From NCBI GenBank assembly GCA_002269645.1, contig NIVC01000023.1, forward strand, positions 372,001 through 436,000: 64,000 bases of DNA. Direction: 5' to 3'. The notes below the pieces were generated by a model that saw nothing but the letters and a program-made list of their open reading frames with translations, searched no databases and was not told where the DNA came from. Positions 48,279 through 58,529 of this stretch are shown here, piece by piece. Within the stretch, counting starts at the first letter, position 1, and each line of letters opens with the position of its first letter. Source of the stretch: Macrostomum lignano. Lineage: Eukaryota. A program made the position numbers and the translations under genes.

Positions 48279-51200
48279 ATGGTGCTGGTTTGGTAAGCAT
48301 TTTATTACATTTTTGAGCCTACAGGCAGTACAGATCTCCATTGAGAACAGTTTCCCATTGAGTACAGTTTCCCATTGAGTACAGTTCCCCGTTGAGTACA
48401 GTTCCCCATTGAGTACAGTTCCCCATTGAGTACAGTTTCCCGTTGAGGACAGTTCCCCATTGAGTACAGTTCTCCATTGAGTACAGTTCCCCATTGAGTA
48501 CAGTTCCCCGTTGAGTACAGTTCCCCGTTGAGTACAGTTCCCCGTTGAGTACAGTTCCCCGTTGAGGACAGTTCCCCATTGAGTACAGTCCCCATTGAGT
48601 ACAGTCCCCATTGAGGACAGTTCCCCATTAATTACCGTTCCCTGTTGAGTACAGTCCCCATTGTGGACAGTTCCCCATTGAGTACATGCAGTTTTCCAGG
48701 GAGAACAGTTCCTACATGTAATTTCTGATTTGTGAGCTGACTATGGCGCATCGGGATCAAACTTTCTTACAGGTTCCTGCTGGTTCTAATCCAAACATCT
48801 GGAAATCTTGCCGTTAACAGTTGCCAAAATGGAGGTACATTCGATTATAGCACTTTCAGATGCTTCTGCACCACTGAGTTCTATGGGGAGAGTTGTGAGT
48901 CATCCTACATTGACAACGATCCGTGCTCGGATCCCAGCATCCCGGAGATTGCCGATTCAACGGGCTCTCATGGACCAGCGAGAACTCAGTCCTGCACAGA
49001 AACGGGTACTTGCTTTGACTTCTCCAAAATTTCAACCGGATGGTATAGGATTAACTCTCCGGTCGGGAATGCACTGACAAGCAAGTGTCCTGACACAACA
49101 AGCACCTGTGGAAGCTCCGCGCCATTCATCGTCACAAACATTGTCCAAGAACAGAACGCCAACAGGCAACTCTATTCTGCTAAACTGTCTAAGATAGTTA
49201 GGTCCGGGCCCAACTGTTACGATTCCAGTGGCGACAACTATCCGGTGAAAATCCTGGAATGTGGATCGTACAAAATTTACTACCTAAGACCGACAAGCTA
49301 CGCTGAGCATCACTACTGCATTGGAGACAGGAAAGTGTGCGCAACTGGGTTCGTTTCAGCAGATGGCAGCGGCTACGAGCCGTGTCACGATGCCACTTCC
49401 TGCTTGGCGACGTTGAAACCTAAAGCTGCTACGTCTCCGATTCTACGACAAGTCAGAATCAATTTAAACCAATACAATTACCACAGTTACTTCAACTGCT
49501 CGTTTCAAAACGTATTTCAAGCTCCGAGCAACTTCACGCTGGGACTTCGATACAGAGTAACTTACCGGCTGACATTTCACAATGGTACAAAAATCGATAT
49601 CCCAGACTGCACGGCTGCCGATTTGAACATTGCATCGAATTCAAATGAAACAACCACAGTGTCCTGCAGGCACGACAAATTTCTTAGACCGCATTCTAAC
49701 ATCTACGGTGGAACGCTGGAATGCGTGCTGCAAGCGAAGTGCAACTCGGCAACCTCGAATTACATTTCCCAAGAGCTTAGCTCCGTACCGCACCGATTTG
49801 AGTTCCTATACAACCTGGTTGATCCCGACACCAATGCAACCACGTCCGTGATAACGCCTTTCAAGCCCATTCAAATATGCATTAATGTTTCGAAAGTGCC
49901 GACAGCCAGTGTAGGAAACGAGGGCGGCATTAAGTTTCGAATTACAACGCGCCGAAAAGCTCTAATTTTGAAGGACAAAATCACTATTAAGGTCAACTCG
50001 TCGATAGGAAACGAGACAGCAACTCCTTGTTCGGTAGAGTTTCCTCCTATGTTTATCGGTGCAACAAGAGCTTGCACAACGCTGACACTGATGAACGAGG
50101 ACGACGATGGCTTGATTGTTGCCGGTCTCACCGAATCCCAGTGGACTTCTCAGATCGAAGTGAATGTCAGTTACTCTTCAATGGCATTAAAAGGAGTTTA
50201 CACTGGAAATCGATGGGTGAAAATTCAGTCGCGCAAGCTAACCATTGATCTGAGTCCGCTATACGGGGTCGAACGCAAGGACTATTTGCACGTTTATTAT
50301 GACCCCTATATCAAGCCGGCGAACTTAGATTCAGCATATGGATCTTTCATTTCCGGCGACCAATGCAGAGTACTGTCTTTGCTGCGACACAGTACTCTGC
50401 CATACGAAGTACAAGCGAAGGAGTGCGTCCAGAATTCGAGAAATTCATTCGCGTCGTTTGTCACTCAGTTGGCTTTAAGATACGAGAATTACGTAATTCA
50501 AACGTACAGCGTAGGTGGTACATTTGCTTATACAACAAGGAAAGCAGCAGCAACTAGTGTACTGCCGCTGACTGATGACGATGTTCCCTGGGGAGTAACG
50601 ATTGAAAAAGCCAAAACTGGAGTGCGGCTGAAGCTTGACCTGTATGGCACAATAATTTACACCTGGGGCTTTCGCACCGGATCTCGAGGCTGCGCACACA
50701 CCTTTATTCAGAGTCGAAAATCAATGCTTGAATTTGATGCTACGCGGTGCTCTTCTTCACGTGCTACAACGGCTGGGTTCGATGCACTGGATACCATGGT
50801 AATCCCTGGGTTCTACGATACTCCTAGCAGAGTGGAGGGTCTCATGTACAAACCTAATGCAGCATCGTGGACAGTATCTGACACCATTGCCTTGGAAAGC
50901 ACTAGAGATATGTTCTCAAACAACTTTGTACCAGATTCAGTTCCAGAGAGTCTTTTGAAGCCAGTTCAGACGCTAAATTTTTGCTCCTGCTACGACAGTG
51001 ACGAATACAAACCGTTAGACCTGGCTGGTAGGTGTGTTATCAAACAAAATAAAACGTTGACACGCTACTCAAGAAAAAAGCGGTCAGTTCCTCCTCTTGG
51101 TCCCATCCTGTCGCAAATAATCGCAGGAGCAGCCAGACAGTCAGCTCAGAGCAGCAGTACCGATACAGTTACAGCGGACAAGGCAACGCAGCACTGCAAA

Positions 51201-51686
51201 GACTACGTCCAATCCGTATTAGACAAAAGAGGCAAGATCGTCACCGAGTGTTCAAAGGCAACCGGTATCATTGGAACTATGGATTTTATATCTAAATTCA
51301 AGACTGTTTGCAGTCAATACGCTATCCAGCTAAATTCATTCAACTTGACCGAGTCTCTGTTCAACTCTTTCGCTGGCGAATGCGTCAGGAGTCTCAGCTA
51401 CAACGTGTCGATTGTGCTAAACAGCAAAGCCAGCAGCATCATCCAAGACCTGGAGGCTGAGATCTGTCCCAATGGCTGCTCGGGCAATGGAATCTGCCTC
51501 TCTGGAGCTTGCCAGTGTACCGGAGGTTATTCAGGAGATGACTGCCGCGAACTTACAGTCCAGACTGGCGAAACTGGTGGAAATAATCCTACGGACGGCG
51601 CCGGGGCCATCATTACATCATTAGCGGCTTTGATTGTAGCGCTATTCTTCGTAGCCACAAGTTGCAAAATAACTCCGATTTATTAA
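48279..51686 (+). CDS. ~975-aa secreted/membrane-anchored protein: signal - EGF - uromodulin D8C-like - degenerate VWD - furin site - EGF - hydrophobic tail (VWDE-like); exons 48279-48292 and 48773-51686
   Basis: Micro-exon ATGGTGCTGGTTTG|GTAAGC joins in phase 2 to the acceptor at 48772, giving MVLVWFLLVLIQTSG. Frame is open from 48774 into track ORF 49245-51686: EGF (CQNGG..CFCTTEFYGESC), D8C-like (DPC..GWYRI..CGSSAP..ILECGSYKIYYL..YC), VWD-like YDPY.., RYSRKKR, CPNGCSGNGICLSGACQCTGGYSGDDC, hydrophobic C-terminus. Confidence 0.8.
48330..48700. repeat. 17-bp minisatellite TTGAGTACAGTTCCCC(A/G)
   Basis: Fills the coding intron of the VWDE-like gene. Confidence 0.95.
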
Positions 51687-52857
51687 GATTGCTATATATT
51701 AACAAATCATATCAAAATTACTCTGCCAAAGGATTTTTATTGACAATTTTTTATATTCATATCTACTTACTCGTCGAAACTTTACTCTCGAATTTGTTCA
51801 TCTATATTTTTTTTATTTTTGTTCATAGCTGCAACAGCTAACTTTAACTACGAGCATGTTTTTTTCACTATATAAGTCTTTGTATATTTGTATCAGAGTT
51901 AAGTTTATTGAATAGTTCAATCGATGCTTAGTTCAAATTTTAGCTCACTCCGTTAATTTTCGTTTTATTTTTGGTTTCTATAGCTTAGCTGTTGTTACGC
52001 GTCAGAAGTTGCTTAAAATATGTATTCAGCATTCAAATTCAAATTCAAATTTTGGCTATTGCCATATTTTGTATCTGCTTTTGTAGATATTCCGACCTTA
52101 GTCTGATGTTCAAGAGCGACGCTAAAATTTATCCCTGTTTATAACAAAAGTTTATAACTACTCACGATTTTTAACCGAATTTTTAAATGCGGTTTGTTAC
52201 ATTAACAAAATTTACTGATTAAAAAATATACACATTGACGAGCTCGTAAAAAGGTTTTCAATTTAGCCTATTTTAAATCTTATTGGCCTTGTGTATTCTT
52301 GTGCAAACCCTTCTAACGATTTATAATTGTGACTTTAAATTACAGTAATAGAAAATATTTCAGACATAAATCTTTATTATAGTTCACCCAGCAAGCGAAT
52401 TTATTTGTTTTAACAAGATAATCTTTGTTCACGGATGTTTCTAAGCACAGACCGCTCCTGCTGCCGCTTTTGCATTTGCTGCCGGCGGCACCTTGCAAGT
52501 AGGGGAGCTGCAGGTTGTTGAAGTTGCCGCCTGCGGCATAGTTGCACACCATGTGGTAGGGGTAATTGCCGCACCTGGCCACCCCGCAACCAATTAAGGT
52601 GGTCTTGTCCCATACCATCTGAGTGTAATGACCGCACACTTTTCTACAGCTCTTACTATTGTAGTTGTAGTCTTTGTACTCGTCAAACCACAACTGGACG
52701 TAGCTGAAATCGAATTGAATGCTTATTTTTTATACAACCATAATCGTTGTTGACGTTACAGAGAGGCTATGAGGGAATTTTTTAACACTAAAAGCAAAGC
52801 CCTGAAGGCCAGCAATCCAACCTATATTATCTAACCTATAACCTATAACCTACTAAC

Positions 52858-53149
52858 CAGGAGCGTCGCTATGGATTTAATGTTGAGGGGGACAAAGCTA
52901 GAGTTCTACATGTGCATGTACATTATTAAAATTCAACATGTACATTATTTTCAGAATCGGTGTTGTCAGCGATCATTTTAGCGCCGCATGCACCAATTTA
53001 GCGCCGCAGGCGCTGTTTTGTCGCCCTGAAGCAAAATTATTGATTTCCAGGTCAACAAAAGTGGGGTAGGGGACAAAGCCTTAGAATATGTCCCCTACCC
53101 ATAACGTTTCTAGGGGGATCCTGTCCCCCCCCCGGTGGCGACGCCCCTG
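52858..53149. mobile_element. 292-bp hAT-like MITE
   Basis: TIR CAGG(A/G)GCGTCGC (11/12); 8-bp flanks CTACTAAC and CTACTAAA (7/8). Confidence 0.75.
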
Positions 53150-53569
53150 CTACTAAACCTATAGCCTATCTAAGTTATAAGATATTCAGCAGATGTTAAC
53201 TTTGATACCAAATCCCTTTAAGCCATAGCATAACCCTAGTTAACTCTCCCTTTGATGCTTGGCCCGTGGATTTATATGTATAATAAGGTTTAGGAATTAG
53301 GGTTTAGCGCAATGCAACAAAATATTTACCTTGTAAAGTCGTCACTTCTTCCGCCAGCCCAGTTCTGTCCGACCCAGTTGAATGGGGGCAACTTTCTGTC
53401 CGCCGATGACTCGTGACCAGCCCGGCACTTCTGCACCCATTTGTTGGCGCTGGCCATGAGCCTGTCGTCCCAGACCCTTTTTGATTAATTGGAAATGAAA
53501 ACAGCAACAGTTTAATAAACTTGGGGGTTGGCGAACCATATCTAGAGAAGTGGCATTTGTGTGCATCGG

Positions 53570-53950
53570 TAGGAGTGGCAACCCATCTAGAGGAGTGACA
53601 GCCCATCTAGAAGAGTGACAACCCATCTGGAAGAGTGACAACCCATCTAGGATCGTGACAACCCATCTAGGATCGTGACAACCCATCTAGAAGAGTGACA
53701 ACTCATCTAGAAGAGTGACAACCCATCTAGAAGGTCGACAACCTATCTAGGATCTTGACAACCCATCTAAAGGAGTGATAACCCATCTAGAAAAGTGACA
53801 AGCCATCTAAAAGAGTGAAAACTTATCTAAAAGAGTGGCAGCCCATTTAGAAGAGTGGCAACTCATCTATAACAGTGGCAACCCATTGAAAGAAGTCAAA
53901 ACCAATCTAGAGGTGTGCAATCCATCTTAATGAGAGACAACCCATCTAGA
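53570..53950. repeat. 20-bp minisatellite ACCCATCTAGAAGAGTGACA (degenerate)
   Basis: CAP intron; sibling of the 54295 and 57000 arrays. Confidence 0.9.
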
Positions 53951-54294
53951 AGAAGCAGCCCATAGGGAGGGTTGCCACTATTCTTTCCTGGCTTGCTTCA
54001 TTTGCAATATAAAGAAGTTCAGAAAATGCAGTATTGTTAATATGATTTTGTGCTGAAAGAACTAATTTTGCAAATGCATTTTGCTGTAGCAAAAATTACC
54101 AGCTCCGCCATGTCTGCCGCATGTCATGTTTGCGATCTCAGCTTATTGTGAGCGTCCACAATGGCTTGCTTTTGATTCGGTGTCAGCGACACCAAGCTGG
54201 CTTCGCAGCATGTCGTTGTCATGACAACCAGTAGGAGCAATGCGACTAAGTCTGTTAATCATGGTTAAGAACGATTGATGGAGAAAGCTTAGGA

Positions 54295-54750
54295 TTGGCA
54301 ACCCATCGGAAGGAGTGGAAACCCATCGGAAGGAGTGGAAACCCATCGGAAGGAGTGGAAACCCATCGGAAGGAGTGGAAACCCATCGGAAGGAGTGGAA
54401 ACCCATCGGAAGGAGTGGAAACCCATCGGAAGGAGTGGAAACCCATCGGAAGGAGTGGAAACCCATCGGAAGGAGTGGAAACCCATCGGAAGGAGTGGAA
54501 ACCCATCGGAAGGAGTGGAAACCCATCAGAAGGAGTGGCAACCCATCCAGAAGAGTGGCAACCCATCCAGAAGAGTGGCAACCCATCCAGAAGAGTGGCA
54601 ACCCATCCAGAAGAGTGGCAACCCATCCAGAAGAGTGGCAACCCATCCAGAAGAGTGGAAACCCATCGGAAGGAGTGACGACCCATCCAGAAGAGTGGCA
54701 GCCAATCCAGAAGAGTGACAACCCATCCAGAAGAGTGGCAGCCCAACCCA
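54295..54750. repeat. 20-bp minisatellite ACCCATCGGAAGGAGTGGAA switching to ACCCATCCAGAAGAGTGGCA
   Basis: Two homogeneous blocks, switch near 54530. Confidence 0.96.
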
Positions 54751-56158
54751 TCGAGAGAGTCACCACTCCTTCCCCAAAAAATATTATCTGGGCTGTGTGG
54801 ATCTGAGAATCGACGCTGAGGATTTGTCGTGCCCAAAATCGCATACCTAATCTTTAACTTATTAATTGCATGAATCAAAGCACAAACCTTTCATTCTCGT
54901 TGCCTTTTTACGTCCTGCGCAGGTTTTGCTGAGTTAAATCTGCCAAGAACGAGCAGTTAAATTGAGTAGTTAAATTGATTTTTAACCGCGCATTAATATA
55001 GCCTCAAGGACAACTCATTATTATTACTCATTGTCATTATTTTAAACGTTTTTCCAAGTGACAGACCAATTTAACATGAAAAATCAATTAATGCGTCGTT
55101 ACAGCAGCATGTGAGGCACAAAATAGTGTGATTAGGACTTTCTCTGACACTGTTAAGAGACCCTATCACTGTTTTTTTGTGGAAAATCGTGAAATTTCCT
55201 ATCTCCGTAGTGTATTTTTCCGGTGAAACCTGCCTTTAAAACTATTTCTGAACAAAAAACTTTATGAATATCGATAGAGCAATAAGAAAGGCACAACATA
55301 TCAAAAGATGAACACTGGATCTGTCTCCTATCAAATGCAATAACAATTTTTGTGCTGAAAAGAATTAAAACCTCCTATCTCTGTAGTGTATTTTTCGGCA
55401 AAAAGTTGCCTTCAAAACATTTACCATAGATTTCGAGTGTTGCGTCCTGTATGTATGTTACTTAAGTAGTCTTTGTATAGCCTGCGATAGTGAGACGAAA
55501 AAAACAAGCTGTGGCCGTTTGAAGTTATCTAACGATTGGACACCGTAAAATATTACTGGGGGTTGTAATTAATGTTTAATGATTGAATTATGAGCATATG
55601 ACAATAAAACGGGCGGTTTGGCTGTGAGATATGATGTACACTAAAATAAACGCGTACGCACATGATAAAAATTTGCAAGAAGTCATATTTGATGAGCACG
55701 AGATGAATGTACATAGCTCAATGTACGTAGCTTTTCCTGCTTTCTACTGTATACAAATCCACAAAGTCTCTACCTAACCTCTAACTCTGATATTTCCCCC
55801 GGATTAAAGCTACTAACACTAGAGTGTAATATCGGCAAAACTGCTGTCGCAAATTTTCATATTGTGTAGTGGATAGATGCATAAAAATATCTTTATTGCA
55901 TTCATTGTCTATGGTTTGAACTTGAACTTTTCAAAAAAAGTACTCTACAAAAATACTATATAATGTTTTATGGTCTACCGAGCCTCACTGTTTATTTTGT
56001 CTATGGTCAAAAGTAGGCGCACAAATATAGGCCTATAGTTACGGCTGCTTGAGTCTGTGTAGCCACTAAAAGAGAAAGCAGCCATCTAGAAGCGAATTCG
56101 GCAATTTGACTCAGTTTTTTTTGCACAAGGAGCAGCCCGCCTTAAGCCTTCGCCGGAA

Positions 56159-56590
56159 ATGTTCAATAACGCTTGCAGCGCTGACTGGCAACAGCAGCAG
56201 CAGCAACAGGATCTGGTCAGCGTGAACTGGAAAGACTGCATCCACCGTTGGAAGCGAAGCCGCGAAAAGTGGCGCTCCGAGGCCCTGCGCCTGCAGAAGC
56301 AGCTCTGCGACATGACTCGCAGCGCCAACCATTGGCGCCAACAGACCGGCATAGTGCAGGCCGAATTAGCAAAAGCGAGAGGCGCCCTAATCGGCTGGCG
56401 CACAGAGGCGCTGAGAACGCGCGAACTGGTGCGCCAGTGGAAAGCGGAAGCCATCAGATGGCGGGAGCAGGCGCGCGAATGGAAACGACGCTGCTGCGAG
56501 CTGATGGATCAGCGAGACGATCAACAGATTGCGCAACTATGCCACGACAGGTACAGCTGCGGCTACAGCCGCTGCGGCGACTACTGCTGA
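56159..56590 (+). CDS. Orphan 143-aa Trp-heptad coiled-coil protein with polyQ and Cys/Tyr-rich tail
   Basis: True ATG, GC-rich non-repetitive DNA typical of this window's exons, acceptor-like TTTTTTTGCACAAG ~30 nt upstream, strict heptad pattern in this frame only. No homolog recognised. Confidence 0.65.
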   Translation: MFNNACSADWQQQQQQQDLVSVNWKDCIHRWKRSREKWRSEALRLQKQLCDMTRSANHWRQQTGIVQAELAKARGALIGWRTEALRTRELVRQWKAEAIRWREQAREWKRRCCELMDQRDDQQIAQLCHDRYSCGYSRCGDYC

Positions 56591-56999
56591 TGATGACTGA
56601 CGCTGCCATCTACCATGTACACATTTTTCACCAAACTGTACAGCCGCAGCGCAATTTGTTGGCGATGTAAAACACACACAGACGACGCTCATTCAACTGT
56701 CAGAAACCCGAAGTGTCGAGACATTTTTTCAATCCAATTTTTTTCTTCCTTGTAAAAATTTTCGAAATGAAGTTGCTGAGTTTTTTTCATTTTTCTATTT
56801 TGCTCAGCTGCATTCACTGCAGAATGTCATTTTTCCTGTTCATAACAGCAGCAGGAAGCAAAATACACACGCGCCAACTCAATGGATTGGTCCATTTTTT
56901 TCTGTACGAACGATGAAGTTTGATAGCATTTGTAGCCGTATTGCTTAATCTTAAGGATTTACCATATGACAAAAAAGTGCAACTACCCGATTTGAGAAG

Positions 57000-57465
57000 T
57001 GGCAACCCATCAGGAGGAGTAAAAATCCATCGAAAGGAGCGATAACCCATCGGGAGGAGAGATAACCCATCGGGAGAAGTGACAACCCATCGGGAGGAAC
57101 GATAACCCATCGGGAGGAGCGATAACCCATCGGGAGAAGTGACAACCCATCGGGAGGAACGATAACCCATCGGGAGGAGCGATAACCCATCGGGAGGAGT
57201 GACAACCCATCGGGAGAAGTGACAACCCATCGGGATGAGTGACAACCCATCGGGAGGAGTGACAACCCATCGGGAGGAGTGACAACCCATCGGGAGGAGT
57301 GACAACCCATCGGGAGGAGTGACAACCCATCGGGAGGAGTGACAACCAATCGGGAGGAGTGACAACCCATCGGGAGGAGTGACAACCCATCGGGAGGAGT
57401 GACAACCCATCGGGAGGAGCGATAACCCATCGGGAGGAGTAACAACCCATCGGGAGGAGTGGCAA
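57000..57465. repeat. 20-bp minisatellite ACCCATCGGGAGGAGTGACA
   Basis: About 22 copies. Confidence 0.95.
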
Positions 57466-57808
57466 ATGAAGTTTTACTCCATCAGGAGTGTCAAAATAAT
57501 ATAGGAATTGGTATAGTCTCACTTTTTAATTTATGCAGTGCTGAAGGGTCAGAGGTATATAATTTATCAGTAAAATAAACTGAACCGCTTGTACATGTAG
57601 CTTGAGTTATAACATTTCACAAAGCGTGTATGATTTTTAGTAGTTTGTCATATTTCCATTTTAAAGAACAATTACACGCACGAGGAAGACAGCCGAGTGC
57701 AGACATCGTCAAGGGCGATTTCACAGTACTGCTCTTTCTTTGCTAGCGTATATTTAATTTGTCCGATTAAAGTAATCTCAATACGTCGTAAGTAAAGGTA
57801 GGCAGATA

Positions 57809-58471
57809 CAGGGGTCGGCAAACACCCGACCCGCTAAAATTTGAAATTTCATCATGCGAGTTGCAAACCGGCTTGCTCAAGGTTTGTGATTCTTCTCAGC
57901 GCTCTCTCTCTAATCTCCTATCTTCTCTTAAATCTCCTCTCCTCTCCTCTCCCCTCCTCTCCTCTCCTCTGCTCTGCTCTCGTCTCCTCTCCTTTCCTCT
58001 CCTCTGCTCTCCTCTCATCTCTTCTCCTCTCCTCTCCTCTCCTCTCCTCTCCTCTCCTCTCCTCTCCTCTCCTCTCCTCTCCTCTCCTCTCCTCTCCTCT
58101 CCTCTCCTCTCCTCTCCTCTCCTCTCCTCTCCTCTCCTCTCCTCTCCTCTCCTCTCCTCTCCTCTCCTCTCCTCTTCTCTCCTCTCCTCTCCTCTCCTCT
58201 CCTCTCCTCTCCTCTCCTCTCCTCTCCTCTCCTCTCATCTGCTCTCCTCTCCTCTCCTCTCCTCTCTTCTCCTCTCCTCTCCTCTCCTCTCCTCTCATCT
58301 GCTCTCCTCTCTTCTCCTCTCCTCTCCTCTGCTCTCCTCTCCTCTCCTCTCCTCTGCTCTCCTCTGCTCTTCCCCCTCAACCTTTCCTCTCTCCCCTCTT
58401 CTGACCCGCACTCATGCTGCATTAGATTCCCTATTTTGGCCCACGAGATATAAAAGGTTTACCGACCCCTG
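57809..58471. mobile_element. MITE with hAT/Charlie-type TIRs whose interior is mostly (CTCCT)n
   Basis: CAGGGGTCGG(C/T)AAAC TIR (14/15) at 57809-57823 and 58457-58471; 5-bp direct repeat AGATA on both flanks. Confidence 0.75.
57930..58390. repeat. (CTCCT)n microsatellite
   Basis: Source of the SSPLL/RGEER pseudo-ORFs. Confidence 0.97.
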
Positions 58472-58529
58472 AGATAGACGGATACAAGCACATTCAAGTT
58501 TTTCTAAATTTCAGATATGTTTGTCTCGA

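Larger units (their letters stand above)
52340..54255 (-). pseudogene. CAP/SCP (PR-1/venom-allergen-like) gene with an in-frame stop and a 1-nt phase conflict; exons ~54255-54100, 53476-53330, 52703-52340
   Basis: Signal-like LVALLLLVVM, QAIVDAHNKLRSQT*HAADMAEL, VWDDRLMASANKW..GQNW, WFDEYKDY..CGHYTQMVW..IGCG..VCNY..GN. TGA at 54126-54124; phase-0 donor meets an acceptor followed by an extra G. Start codon not located. Confidence 0.72.

Noticed and set aside
54124-54126. TGA in the CAP exon as selenocysteine or readthrough
   Set aside because: Not a Cys position in CAP proteins, no SECIS recognised, and a second lesion exists.
330-57465. CRISPR-like arrays
   Set aside because: Units are head-to-tail with no unique spacers, there are no cas genes, and the context is eukaryotic.
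11883-57522. Repeat-peptide ORFs (NDLA, LHNYSN, SQILSCW, VRVAPKD, TTHPS, MGCHSS and similar)
   Set aside because: All coincide with minisatellites, are open in several frames, and mostly lie in introns.
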